A DNA stretch of 64,000 nt from the human T2T-CHM13v2.0 reference genome, Homo sapiens, in assembly GCF_009914755.1 (NCBI RefSeq), contig NC_060946.1. One strand, given 5' to 3'. This document shows positions 27,460 through 42,150 of the stretch, in pieces (the stretch's first letter is position 1; the number at the start of each line of letters is the position of its first letter). The notes beneath the pieces are model-generated. The model saw only the letters and a list, made by a program, of their open reading frames with translations, was not told where the DNA came from and ran no database searches. Both the position numbers and the translations under genes were made by a program.

Positions 27460-27575
27460 CAAATATTGCTGTGGGCTCTCGGGCAAGTCCCTCCTCCTCT
27501 CTGAGCTTCAGTTTCCCCCGCATAAAATGGAGCAGTGATCGTAGCTCCTGCATGGGAAGGTTGTGAACACCATGC
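27460..27575 (-). mobile_element. MIR fragment
   Basis: gggcaagtccctcctcctctctgagcttcagtttccccc...taaaatgg is the reverse MIR core. Confidence 0.7.
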
Positions 27576-28541
27576 TTGTCAGCAGAATATACCCTAATTT
27601 TGCAAGGAAACAATATGGCAGGGGTGGGGGGGATCTAAATACCTTTCCTTATACACGCATTGAAAATGATTATATAAAGTGGTGAAGTGTGATTGCATTC
27701 ACATAAACAGTGGCATGTTCTGGGATCTAGCAGACAATCTTAACTTCAGGAAATGCAATCATATTTTACTAGCTTTGAGAAAAGTGAATAAAATGTCATA
27801 GCTAAATAGAACTCAAGTAGGATCTGTGAACGGCAGCATGGAGTGGATAAGGGGATAACGTACCGATGAGGGAATTTATATACCCAGCAGCCCAGGTTTG
27901 GTGCAGGCTGATAACGGAAAGACAAACTCCAAATTAAATGAATGTGAATGAATTCCTTTGCCTGCGGACAGACCAAAAATATCGGTAAAAGTGGCTACAG
28001 GGCAAGCAGAAAAATGCAACAAATTAGAATGAACGCAGGGAACCATGTTTCTGGCAGAGAAACAAATATTTCAGAGTACAGGTAAGAGGCACATGGCAAA
28101 AAAAACAACAACCTGACTTTGCCAGAGCTCCAATGTCATGCTCACGGCTGAGGAGAAACAATTATCTCGCTGGGAATGAGTGCAAGTGAGAGAACGGAAG
28201 GAGTCCTGAGCACGGTTGACTGCATGTGCCCAGGGGCCCGGACAGGCAGCACAGCGGCCTCTCTACCCTCGAAGGTCTGTTTCTTGTCTGCTTCCTCCTT
28301 GAGAGTGGCAGGCCCTGGTAACTGGCCCAACCTCGGGGGCGCCCAGCAGCTGGGTCCCCACCACATGCCCAAGTCTGGCCCTCTCAGATCTGCCTGTCTC
28401 CTGAGCTGGAGAACGGAGCCCACCCCTCCATCCCCGACACTCATCTCCCATCCAGTTGATCTCCCTGAGGACCCCCCCACCGACAACTCCCACCTGGATC
28501 CCCTGGCCCTGGTGGGGCATCATTCTTTCAAAATAATCCAT

Positions 28542-28842
28542 GACTGTGTTCAGTGGCTCACGCCTGAATCCCAGCACTTTGAAAGGCCAAGGTGGGAGGA
28601 TTGCTTGAGCCCAGGAGTTTCAGATCAGCCTGGGGTAACACAGCCAGACCCTGTCTCCACAAAAAACTATTTTTTAAAAATTAGCTGGGTGCAGTCCAGC
28701 CTATAGTCCCAGCTACTTGGGAGGCTGAGGCAGGGGGATCACAAGCCCAGGAGTTCAAGGCTACAGTGAGCTGTGATCACATCACTGCACTCCAGCCTGG
28801 GCAACAGAGACCTTGTCTCTTAAAAAAAAAAAAAAAAAAAAA
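28542..28842 (+). mobile_element. Alu (AluJ-like)
   Basis: Dimeric Alu with J-type gcccaggagtt motifs and poly(A). Confidence 0.9.
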
Positions 28843-29574
28843 GCCATCAGCTGGCTCAGGGTAGCCACCTGCCAAGGGTCCCCAGCTGAGCGTAAGACCT
28901 GCTTCCTAGGATTTACAGAGCTCCTGTGAAACTCGGTTGTTTCATTGATTGTCACATGGAGCCAGTGACTTTCAGGCCAGCCTTGTTCCCACAGGTGGGC
29001 TCTCCCGTGGGCCTGGGCACCCAGCGCTAGGCCTGCCCTGCTATGGTCTGGATGTGAGCAGAGATCTCTGTGATCCCTGTACCCCTCGCTTCTCCCCCTG
29101 CCCTCTCTGCAGCCCTGCCCCTGGCAGCCCCTGCCCACCTTCGCCTCTGTGCAGGGCCACAGGCTTCCTTGAAGCAAATGCTAGAACTTTGAGCTCTTTG
29201 CTTTTTAAAAAAAGATAACAGCTTTATTGAGATATAATTCATTATACTATTCATTTATTACCTTTTGCATTATACCATGCAATTTTTTCCATTTCAATGG
29301 CACAATCGAATGGTTTTTTAGTCTATACACAAGGTTGAGCAGACATCAACACTCTGTAGCCCCAGAGTATTTCCAGACCCCAAAGAAACTCCGTGGGCCT
29401 TGGCAGCCCCTCCCACTCCCCCTGTCCTCCACCTCCAGGCCCTTACCAGTGCCACAGTCACCAGGCTACATTATGGGCTTGTCTTCGTGTGACTTCTGTC
29501 TCTATGGGTTTGCCTATTCTGAACTCTTCATATAAACTGAACCATAAAACTTGTGGCCGTCTGTGTCTGGCATC

Positions 29575-29910
<336 letters not shown>

Positions 29911-30084
29911 TGACACATAATAATTGTACATATTCGTGGGGTACGTAGTGATGTTTCTATACATGCAATGTATGGTGATCAGATGAGGGTAATTAGCACA
30001 CCTATCATCTCAAACATTTATCATTTCTTTGCATTACGAACACTCAATATTCTCTTTCTAGCTAGCTGAAAATACATAATTTTT

Positions 30085-30405
30085 GTTTTGGTTTGGATTT
30101 TGGTTTTTGTTTTTTGTTTTTGAGACAGGGCCTCACTCTGTTGCCCAGGCTGGAGTGCAGTAGCACCATCACGACTCACTGTAGCCTCTACCTCCCAAGG
30201 CTCAGGTGATCCTCCTGCCTCAGCAACCCGAGTAGCTGGGACTACAGGCATGTACCACCACACCTGGCTAACTTTTGTATGTTCTGTAGTGATGGGATTT
30301 GACCATGTTGCCTAGGCTGGTTGTGAACTGCTGGGCTCAAGCAATTCTACCCCTCTAGGCCTCCCAAAGTGCTGGGATTACAGGCGTGAGCCGTGACACC
30401 TGACC
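30085..30405 (-). mobile_element. Alu (AluJ-like)
   Basis: Reverse Alu consensus with a degenerate T-rich tail. Confidence 0.9.
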
Positions 30406-31432
30406 CATAATATGTTGTTGTTAACTAGAGTCATCCTACATTGGTGTAGAACACTAGAACTTATTCCTGCCATGTAGCTATAATTTTGTATCCTTCAACA
30501 CATCTCTCCCTCCCTCTCCCTCCCTTCTTTCCACCCTTCCCAGCCTCTACTATCCTCTGTTCTACTTTTGACTTCTATGAGGCCAGCTTTTTTTAGCTTC
30601 CGCATATGAGCAAGAACATGCGGTGTTTAACTTTCTGTTCTGTCTCATTTCACTTAACATAAGTTTCTCCAGTTCCATGCATGTGACTGGCTTCTTCGAT
30701 TTTGCATACTTTCAAAGTTCATCCATGTCATGGCATGCATTAGTACTTCATTCCTTTTTATAGCTTAATAGTATTCCACTGTATGGATGGATCACGTTTT
30801 GTTTGCACCGTTTTGCTGTTGTGAATAGTGCTACTGTGCACCAGGGTTGTATTCCTCTGTGTGCCACTGGGTTGAGGGTTGGGGGATGGTAGGTGCTCCC
30901 ATAAAGGGGGAAATTGACTGATACTGGCTGAAATGGACCAGGCTCTTCATTAAGCTGGCCTCTGAATGTTGCAAAAGCATTCTGTTGGTTTCCAGGATCA
31001 CTGCTTAAGACGGTTCCTTTCAGTACCACTGTTGTCCAGGGGAGGGATGGGTTCCCGGAGCTTCCTGATCTGCCACCTTCTCTGATGTCACCCTCAGACC
31101 CTCTGCTTTTGAGCCCCAGGCTACAGAGTAAAAGTCTGATGGTAGGATGTGAGGTGAGGGACCTTCCTTGACCCGGCACCCACATGAGGCAGGACTGAGA
31201 ACACCCTGAGGACTGCCCGGGTGGCTGGGGTGCTGAAGCCAGGCTTGGCCCCTCCACAGGCCATGCATGACAAGGACCACCCTGTCTCTGAGCTTTGCCT
31301 TGGCCTTGCCGTGACATTTTCAGGTGTGTTTCAGCTTAGATTCTGCTCTGGGGTTTCCCGTGTAAGAACAGGGATGACGTCTAAGCCCTTGTCTGGCATT
31401 TGTCAGGAATATTGGGAGAGGCAATGTGGCAG

Positions 31433-32189
<757 letters not shown>

Positions 32190-33364
32190 GCGGTAAATCG
32201 GTGAGCTGACTGTCATACACTCAGTCATTTTGCCCAAAGTGTGTGTGATGTGGAGGGCTGACAGCCTTCTCCATTACCAGTGCAGTGAGAGGTGGCACAG
32301 CTGGTGGGACCCCCTCTCTCTCATGGATATGAGTGCGTTAGAGGGGAGGTCTTGGGCCAGGAGCAGATCAGATCAACAGGATTATCCAGAAAATGGCAGT
32401 CATGGCGAGTATTGGCTCCAGATGGGGAGGGTTAGGGTCAGGGTCGGCTCTTCTCACCTTCCTGAGCGAGTCACCAGCGTCGACAAGTTACTCCCAACAT
32501 ACAGGGCCTGGGTGGAGGCTGAGTGCTAGGAACCCAGGCTCCAATTCTGGTAACCAGGTGCAGATGCTCAGGAGAAGAATGCAGCCCAGACAAGCGTGGT
32601 GTGCCCTCCAGAGGAGAGGACGTGGCATCAAAGGGCTGTCTTCATGGAGAGCAGGAACAGAGACTTTGGGAAGCCAGGGGGCCTTGGCCTCAGCCCTGCT
32701 GGCAGAGGGTCCCCACCATGTAGCTGAAGTGCCAGGGTGCTTGTGAGGACTGGGTGTGGTCCAGGGTGACTCAGGGCAAGGCCTGGGGGATGCATCTCAA
32801 ATCCACAGTCACCAGCCTAGAAACTGGGGTCACACTTCCCACATGGGTTCCCACATGTGGAAATTTCATTCACTAAATAACGACACATCAAGGCAGCAGT
32901 ATGGATGGGGCACAGCTGTCAAAGTCACCAGCAACAAGTGCAAGAAGAGAAGAGGGAGTTGCAGCCACATAGGTGCCCAGGTGGGCCCTGGGGGTCAGAG
33001 AGGGCCTGCCAGGGGTAGCACCCACCATGCTGACCCTGATGAGGAGAGGAAGGAGGGTGTGGGATGCAGGGGAGGGAAAGGTGCCTGAGAGCAGCATGCA
33101 AACAGCCTGGGCTCAGGAAGAGCCGATGGCATGACAGGTGCTGGGGAGAAAGGCGTGATAGGTGTGGACAGGGGCCACAGGAGGAGGGATGGTCCTCAGG
33201 AAGGGGAGACTGGTGGCTATGGCCGGCTGCCGAGGCTAGCCTCTCTCCAGCAAAATGAGCCTGGATTCATCCACTCCTTTTGTCTCTCCCCTTTGCTCTG
33301 TGGTGCCGGCAGGAGGAAGAGGAGCAGAAAAACTGTTGCTCCATTCATCAGGAAGCCTCTCTCT

Positions 33365-33570
33365 CTCTCGAGTGGTGGTGATGGTGTCCCCCAGGGGCAC
33401 CTGGCAATGTCTGGAGACATTTACGGCTGTCCCGACTGTGTATGTCTGTGTGTGTGTGTACTACAGGCCTCTGGTTCCTGGAGGCCAGGGATGCTGATAC
33501 ACAACCTGCAATGCACAGGGCAGCTCCCACAAGGAAATTATTCAGCCTCAAATTTCAACATTGCAGAACA
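33365..33570. mobile_element. MER20 (hAT) DNA transposon
   Basis: cccccaggggcacctggcaatgtctggagacattt...gaggccagggatgctg...tgcaatgcacagggcagc matches the recalled MER20 consensus. Confidence 0.75.
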
Positions 33571-34409
33571 GGTCAGGGAGTGCAAGGTACCTCCTGCTCT
33601 TTCCAGCAGGTGCAAGGTGCACAGGGAGAAGCAGGTGGGTGAGGTGGGAGGAGGCTGGAGCCAGACCCAGCGTCTGTGGGGTGCAGGAATATCGTGAGGT
33701 GACGAGGGGCCCAGCGGTGAGTGATGGGGAGGGGTGCACTACGGCAGGCCGCCAGGGGCGGTTCCACCAAGAAAGTGACATCTGGGAGGGGCATTGAGGC
33801 AAAGGGGCCGCGAGAGGGTAGGTGCTCTAGAGGTGGCCCACGGGCGGGCGGCACTGAGGCCGGGCCTGCAGGGGAGGCGGTGTGGCCAGCGGACTCTTGT
33901 TGGGTGGCAAGGGAAGGGAAGAACCACAGGGCTGCACAGGTTCCGAGGGGGCCTAGTGGTCCGCATTTGCCCTTGGGTGGGCGGTGGGACTGGGAGGACA
34001 GGAGAGGAGCGCGGGGCAAGCCCCTAAGAGGCCTGAGGGGTGGGAGGGAGAGGACGGCTTCCCATACGCCCATTTAGACCAGAGGAGAAGCGGACCCACT
34101 TTGAGGGCTGGATTCTCAGCCGATCCGGCCTCAGCTGTGGGTCCACGCGGCTCAAGGACCAGGGAGGAACCCAGGTGTGCGGCTGCGCTGATCGGCGGGC
34201 TCCGGACCCACCTGGCTGGCCTGGGGACCTGGGAAACCCGGTGTGGTGGGGAGACCGCAAGCCTGGTCAGGGGTCCCGCTCCCAATGGGGCGGGTCTCCT
34301 GTGAGGAAGGCGGAGCTCAGGGCGGGTAGCCCCGGGGACCGGGTCTCTCGCGGGGGTGTGGCCACGGCCCGGTGGGCGGGGCCTGCTGTGGACGCACAGA
34401 GGTCTGCAG

Positions 34410-35037
34410 CGCGCGGGGCGGAACCTCCCGAGGAGAGGGCGCGGCTGGGAGCGCGGGGCGGGGCCTTCCGAGGAGAGGGCGAGACTGGGAGTGTGAGGCA
34501 GGGCTTCCCACGGAATGGGGGCGCGGAGCCGGTCCTCCCGAGGAGCGGGCGCGGCTGGGAAGGCGGGTCGGGTCCTCTCGAGGAGCGGGCGCGGCTGGGA
34601 GCGCGGGGCGCGGCCTCAAGAGGAGAAGGGGCGGTGGGTCCTGGGGCGTGCCAGAACCCTTGAGGAAGAAGCGCTGGTGTTCTGGAGTATGACCACCGGA
34701 GCCGGCCGGGCCTCGGGTTGGGGCGGGGCCTCAGGGGTGGGGTTGGGACTTCGGGATGGGTTCTCCAGAGGTGAGAGCTGGGGTCGTAGGGTGGACCGGC
34801 GTCTGCTGAGGAAAGGGAGCTGCTTGGAGCGCGGGGCGAGGGACTCACGTGGAGAAGGCGTGGGCCCTACGGCGGGCGGGGCGGGGCCTCAGGAGGAGCG
34901 GGTGCAGATGCTAGGGAGGGGCGGGGCCCCTGGGATGGGGCGGTGTCTCCCGAGGAGTGGGCGCGGCTCGGAGCGTGGGACTTCTAAGGAGAGAGCGCGG
35001 CTAGGGGGCATGCGGGGCGGGGAGGGGCGGGGCGGGA
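34410..35037 (+). repeat. Degenerate ~40-bp GC-rich minisatellite (cctcccgaggagagggcgcggctgggagcgcggggcgggg)
   Basis: Units start at 34424, 34464, 34534, 34574 and 34614, with further copies near 34887 and 34947. Confidence 0.75.
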
Positions 35038-35084
35038 CCAATAGCGCATACTTAAGCGGCCCGGGCGGGTACCGGCGTCCCGCC

Positions 35085-35357
35085 ATGGCTCTGCGGCGCG
35101 TCTTGCCCGCGCTGCGCCCCTACATTCCCCGCTTCGCGCCGCTGTCCACGGCGCCGGCCGCCAGCGAGCAGCCCGCCGCGGGCCCAGGGGCCGTGCCAGG
35201 ACGTGGGTCGGCCAGGGCAGTGCGGCCGCTGGTGCCCGCCGTGGACTTCGGCAACGCGTAGGAGGCGTACTGCAGCTGGCGAACCTGGGAGCTGGCGCGC
35301 AGCCTGCTGGTGCTGCGCTTCTGCGCCTGGCCCGCGCTGCTGGCGCGCCACGAGCAG
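35085..35357 (+). pseudogene. PRODHLP: PRODHLP first coding exon (MALRRVLP...DFGNA*EAYCSWRTWELARSLLVLRFCAWPALLARHEQ)
   Basis: 273 nt with a GT donor at 35358 and an in-frame TAG at 35259-35261 where PRODH has Gln. Confidence 0.93.
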
Positions 35358-36532
35358 GTGCGCGGGGTGCAGCCGGGGCGCGGGGCTTCTGCCCGTCCCG
35401 GGAGCCTTTACGGAGTTTCCTGGCGTGAAACGGGTGCCTCCCAAGCATCTCCTGGAGCAAGGGAAGCCAGGAAGGGAGGCGTTTCCTGCAGTCCCTTTCT
35501 GATATCGCGAATTTTCCTACTTCTCGATGTCTACCAACTAAAAACAATGGTCGTTTTAATATTTACGATATATACCACTTGTGGGAATACAGAGTTATCA
35601 CTTGGAATTTAAAATGGAGTATTCTTCATGTTGACACAAGAGAAGCCTGGTGTAGGGCTCATAGCCTGGAACCCCAGAGTTCAATCCCCGGGACCCAGCC
35701 GCTTCCCAGACACGGCCACTCTGAGAACACTGTTGGGGAAAAATGGGAAGCCCCTCAAACGCCCAGCTTTGAACTCACCCATGGTAACTTTAAAAAGTGT
35801 CAGGGCTTTTGGTGGCGGTGGTGGGGGGCAACAAGCAGAACACTGTTTTAGCCGCATCAGCCTAGGGGTACTAGAGATGACGGTTATCTCCAGGTGACCC
35901 TGGGAAGAGTTTGCAAGGTTCCGCTTTTTGGCGCCAGGGTATCTGGTGGTGTTGATTTCTCAGGTGAGACTGTACAGAGGTCGGGGGCTGCACCCCTGGC
36001 CTCAACAGGAGGCGGGGGAAGGCGGGGGACGGTGTGAGATGAGAAGCACCGAGCCACACTTGAGCTTAGGTGAGGCCTCGGCGGGTGCGAGGTGAGGGCA
36101 GGGATCCACGAACTCAGAGTCAGATGCTGTTGGCCCGAATCCCATGGGGAGCGCCAAGGTCAGCCTAGGACCCGTGGTGGCGGGAGTGCGGAGGATGGTG
36201 GAGGAAGAAGGAGCTGAACTGGACAGATGGAGGGCTCTGGGAGGGCACTGCTGTGCTTGTGCACACAAGGATGTCTTAAGGTCAAGTTTTGGCCATAGAG
36301 AGCCCCGGCCAAGGAGACAGGAGGGCGAGAAGGGACATCCCAGGTAGAGGAACTGGCAAGGTGAGGGACGGCGATGTGGAGGCTTTGGGGAGTGCCCACA
36401 TCTAAGGGGCATCCCAAAAGAGGAGCCAGTGCTGGTGGTGCTGCAATAGGAGGAGGAGGCAGCAGGGCAGGAATGCCAGGGGAGGGAGTGGCCAGCCACA
36501 GGGCAAGGACGGGCATTCTAGGTGGCAGCTGA

Positions 36533-36962
<430 letters not shown>

Positions 36963-37070
36963 GGAGCTGGTGCCGCATCTTCTGCCTGGGAATCCCTTCC
37001 TGACACAGCCTCTGGGGGCCAGAGATGGGGGGAGCAGGGCTCCAGGGGTAGAGAAGCCAGAGGTCACTAA

Positions 37071-37932
<862 letters not shown>

Positions 37933-38598
37933 CTTCTGAGCAGTGCTTGGAAGCCACCTCCTGACGGGGGCTGGGGGTCAGAGTGGCCAGCTGAATGCTG
38001 GGCCATCAGGGTGAGGGGCGTTTTCTCCTCATCCATTGCCTGTTCTCCTGGGGCAGATGTAAGGGGAAGGCCCTGCACTGGGGTGGTGTTAAACAAGATG
38101 AGATGGTAAGATCTGCTTTCACTTTAAAGGAACATTTCTGGTTGTTGCTTGGAAAGAAGTGTCAGGGGCAAGAATGCTGCAGGAGGGCTGGCCTGGAGGG
38201 CAGGGTGGGACTGCAGGCTGGCTGCACGGGGGCAGGAGCCTGCGCTTGCGTCAGAGGTTCCTGAGAGACTTGGGCTCTGGGGCAGAGGCCTGAGCAAGGG
38301 GGCCTCGCTGGGGTGTCTCTGTCTTAGCCACACTCGGTGTTTCTGGGTCCTGTGACCCATGTGTGAGCAGCCTGTGGTGCTGGTGGCACAGGGGAGGAAA
38401 CCGAGGCAGGGAGCCTGTGGGGGCTGCTCGGCAGGGGACAGGCAGCTCCTGTGCCCACTGCTGTCCCACACCTGCATGGAAACACAAACCCCACCACGGA
38501 GCCCCCTCTCATCTCTACAGGGCCTCCAGAGCGCCATGTGCAAGAACTTCATGGGCGGGGTGGGGTGGGGTCAGGAGCCTGCTGTGGGCTGGCCAGGC

Positions 38599-38631
38599 AT
38601 GAACACCAAGCTGGAGGTGGCGGTGCTGCAG
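38599..38631 (+). pseudogene. PRODHLP: PRODHLP truncated exon remnant MNTKLEVAVLQ (residues 273-283) at the deletion junction
   Basis: Matches PRODH MDTKLEVAVLQ and has a GT donor. The 5' half of the exon and its acceptor are absent. Confidence 0.85.
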
Positions 38632-39045
38632 GTGGGGCAGCCTTCCCCTTCCCCACTCCTGTGGCTTGTGAGGGGGTGGGCACCGTGGGGGCGCACAGGG
38701 GGCATGGTGGGCAGTGGTCGGAGGTGGTTTTGGGAACTCACCCAGGGCACGTGGCTCACTCTGCAGCTGCTGGGGTTGGCCTGGTGGGGAGGAGGAGGTC
38801 GGAGGGACTCTGAACAGAGAGGGGAGATGCTGGCAGGAGGGCTGGAGACCCAGCCCTGCAGGGCGTGGGCGTGCATCAGCAGCGGGGTGGGAATAGACCT
38901 GTCTATGCAGTAGAAACAAACCAGACATGGATCCTGTTCTTACTAACGATGTAATAAAGCCAGAAACAGCACCAGAGGCCAATGGGTGGGGGGAAGAATA
39001 AAATGTGAGCGAATGGGGCTGATCCAGGCCTTCTCACTTCTCAAG

Positions 39046-39125
39046 GAAAGTGTCGCAAAGATGGGCATCGCATCCAGGGCTGAGATTGAGGACTGGTTCA
39101 CGGCAGAGACCCTGGGAGTGTCTGG
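39046..39125 (+). pseudogene. PRODHLP: PRODHLP exon ESVAKMGIASRAEIEDWFTAETLGVSG
   Basis: AG/GT bounded, 80 nt. Confidence 0.92.
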
Positions 39126-39709
39126 GTGAGAGCAGCCCCCAGGCTGAGAGGACACGAGCATCAGCCATGGTTCCAGCCAAGCCCCAGTGACGTCTCCCAG
39201 TCCTGGCTGCCCTGCCTGAGAGGGTGGGCCTTGGGATGACAGTGCTGAAGGAACTGCTTTTCACACAGCAGGACTTGATGGCCTCAGGAGTCCCTGAGGC
39301 TGGGGCTGGGCTGGGCAGGGGAGACACAGGGCCAGCACAGACCCCATAGAGGGCTCTTTATAGAATTATCTGGGTCCAGAGCAAAGGTGGCACTCTCAGC
39401 CCTCCCTGGAGTCCACGCCGGCAGGTGAAGGATCAGAGCCCCATGCCCCATCCTTGGGGCCAGGGGCTGGGACCCAGGTCACCAGGAGCCTCCAGTTGAA
39501 GTGGGGAGGTGACTGGGGTGGTGCAGTAGTGAGCCATCCCCTCACACACTGCCAGCCTTGCCCACTGTGTCCTCCCTGGCCGCCCGGAGCTGTGTCCGCC
39601 TCCTGCCTGGCTGCCTGTGCTCGGCCCCTCCACAAGCCCAAAACAGCCCTAGGGTACTCAGTGTTTTCAGAGCCGCCTAGATGCAGGACTGTTTGTGTTT
39701 TGGTTTTAA

Positions 39710-39865
<156 letters not shown>

Positions 39866-39898
39866 TAAACAGAAAACAATATTTACATTTCCTCTGTC

Positions 39899-40022
39899 TT
39901 TTTTTTTTTTTTTTTTTTTGAGACGGAGTCTCGCTCTGTCACCCAGGCTGGAGTACAGTGGCGCGATCTCTGCTCACTGCAAGCTCCGCCTCCTGGGTTC
40001 ATGCCATTCTCCTGCCTCAGCC
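39899..40022 (-). mobile_element. 5'-truncated AluY fragment
   Basis: Poly(T) followed by gagacggagtctcgctc...gcaagctccgcc. Confidence 0.85.
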
Positions 40023-40160
40023 TTCTCGTCTTTTAAAACTGAACACTGAGGTGGGTTTTGTGGTGGTTGGTGAACGGACAGGTTTGGGCCTGGATCCCCC
40101 ACCCGACCCTAGCACCCACAGGTGGGGTCGCCAACTCTGCTGATGTGCCTCCTCCCTCAG

Positions 40161-40242
40161 CACTGTGGACCTGCTGGACTGGAGCAGCCTCATCGACAGC
40201 AGGACCAAGCTGTCCAAGCACCTGGTAGTCCCCAATGGACAG
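40161..40242 (+). pseudogene. PRODHLP: PRODHLP exon TVDLLDWSSLIDSRTKLSKHLVVPNGQ
   Basis: AG/GT bounded, 82 nt. Confidence 0.92.
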
Positions 40243-40519
40243 GTAACACCTCCGCTCCTCAGTGAGGCCCAGCTCAGCAGGGCGCTGCGCTAAGAAGGGA
40301 ATTCAGCCTGCCACATGTTTCTCTTGTTGCCTACCCTGGGAACTTAACATGACCAAGATCACTGCACACTATGGCCCCACAGACCCCCTATGGTCCAGGG
40401 GGAAAAGAAGACAAACCCACTAGTGTCCACAGAGTGCTTGGTGGGACAGAGACCCACGCGGAGCCTTAAAACACCACAAGGAGAGGGGGTCTGGGGGCCT
40501 TCCCCAAGTCATCTGTCTT

Positions 40520-40963
40520 GTGCATCAGGTCACCCCAAACTTCAGAGGCCTAAAACGGCAGCAGCCACTCTGCTTCTGCCTCATGGTTCTGGGGTTGACA
40601 GGGCTCAGCTGGGCAGTCCTCGCTTGGGGTCTCCTGGGTAGCTGTACTCACAGAGTGGTGGCGCTGGGACCTGGGGGAGGCGCCCACTCACATGTCTGGG
40701 AGTTGGTGCTGGCTGTGGCTTGGGCTTTTTCCCAACATGGCAGCTGGGCTCTAAGGGCCAGTGTCCCCTGAGACGTGAGAGCCAGGCAGAAGCTGGGTGA
40801 CCTTTTCCTGCCTCACCTCAGAAGTCACACGGTGTCTTTTCTGGCAAGTTCTGTTTGTTAGAAGCATGTCACCAGGCCAGCCTGTATACTGCGGGGAGAG
40901 GAATGAGACTCATCTGCCTGTGGGAGGGGGGCCCAGGACCTGGCTGACTGCTTGAAACCACAA
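40520..40963. mobile_element. MLT1-type MaLR LTR
   Basis: caccccaaactt...ggctcagctgggcagt...cctcagaagtcacac...aaaccaca resembles the MLT1 family. Confidence 0.6.
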
Positions 40964-41789
40964 CCTAAACTGGAATTCGAAGAAAGAACAGAAGCACCTT
41001 CAGAAAACATCCTGCAGAGGCAGCTTTCCATGACACATCTAGCCCCAGTCCACTAAGGGCCCAGCCTCAAACTCAGAGCCCCCGACCCAGAGCCTCGGGG
41101 CGCAGTGCGTACAGTGTGGCTGTGCACCAAGGCCACCAGCTGTTGGAGACTTTAGCATGGTGTAGCAAGGGATAGAGTGGTACTGCTTGTGCCCAGTGAG
41201 GCAAGGCTGCTGGGGCCAGCAAAGGGGTGAGCGGGAGGCCCTGCGGGATGGGTCCCCACGGCCTCTGAGCACCAGCTCCTTGAAGGCCTCATCCTGGCGG
41301 TTGCCCTGGTCCCTGGCTACGTGTCAGCACGTGCTGCACAACTGCCCTGTCTGCCTGTAGCCAGGGGTCTTCCTCCTGGGCCCTCTTCCTGCTCTGGGTG
41401 GAGCCCTTCTGTTTGACGATTGGGTGATCAGTGTTCACTTCCTCAGTGTCACATGGGAGCTGCAGGGGGCCCTCCCACAATGGTGGGGCCTCTGTGAGAA
41501 CTGGGGAGGCTGTTAGAGTACACACTTCGGAGTGCAGGCCTGGACTGAGCCTGGGGCCCACTGACATGGGCACTGAGCTCCCTCCTGGTACCCCCAGGGC
41601 CCGCGTAGGGCAGTGCACTGGCTGCGTTGGAGGTTCCGGGGCTCTGTGCTGCTTGTCCAGGTGGCCCTCCCTCCCGGCCCTGCATGAGAGGGTTCCCGTG
41701 GGCTGGGAACACTAAGAGAGGTTTAGCCTGGGCCTCAGGGTGGCACTTCCTGGCCCTTGCTGTGGCCTGACCATGTGCTGTACCCCCAG

Positions 41790-41882
41790 ACAGGACAGCT
41801 GGAGCCCCTGCTGTCCCGGTTTGCTGAGGAGGAGGAGCTACAGATGACGAGGATGCTACAGCGGATGGATGTCCTGCCCAAG
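41790..41882 (+). pseudogene. PRODHLP: PRODHLP exon [31 protein letters not shown]
   Basis: 93 nt; AG acceptor and GC donor (gcgagc). Confidence 0.92.
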
Positions 41883-42003
41883 GCGAGCTGTCCCGCTCGG
41901 GCAGAGGGCTGGGGCCTTGGGGACCCGGGACTCATGCAGAAGAGGGCACCTGCCTCACTTGAGCAATAGTTGCTCCCACTCTCCCACCCCCTGCGCCTCT
42001 CAG

Positions 42004-42150
42004 AAAGCCACAGAGATGGGCGTGCGGCTGATGGTGGATGCCGAGCAGACCTACTTCCAGCCGGCCATCAGTCGCCTGACGCTGGAGATGCAGCGGAAGT
42101 TCAATGTGGAGAAGCTGCTCATCTTCAACACATACCAGTGCTACCTCAAG
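42004..42150 (+). pseudogene. PRODHLP: PRODHLP exon [25 protein letters not shown]...FNTYQCYLK
   Basis: 147 nt with the conserved PRODH DAE and YQ motifs; GC donor (gcaagc). Confidence 0.94.

Larger units (their letters stand above)
34050..35430 (+). promoter_or_regulatory. PRODHLP: CpG island and retained PRODH-type promoter
   Basis: High CpG density, GC boxes, CCAAT at 35038-35042 and the Kozak sequence gccATGg at 35085. Confidence 0.8.

Noticed and set aside
34515-35084. N-terminal extension of the PRODH-like ORF (248-aa ORF)
   Set aside because: It is a translation of the promoter minisatellite upstream of the CCAAT box. The homologous start is 35085.
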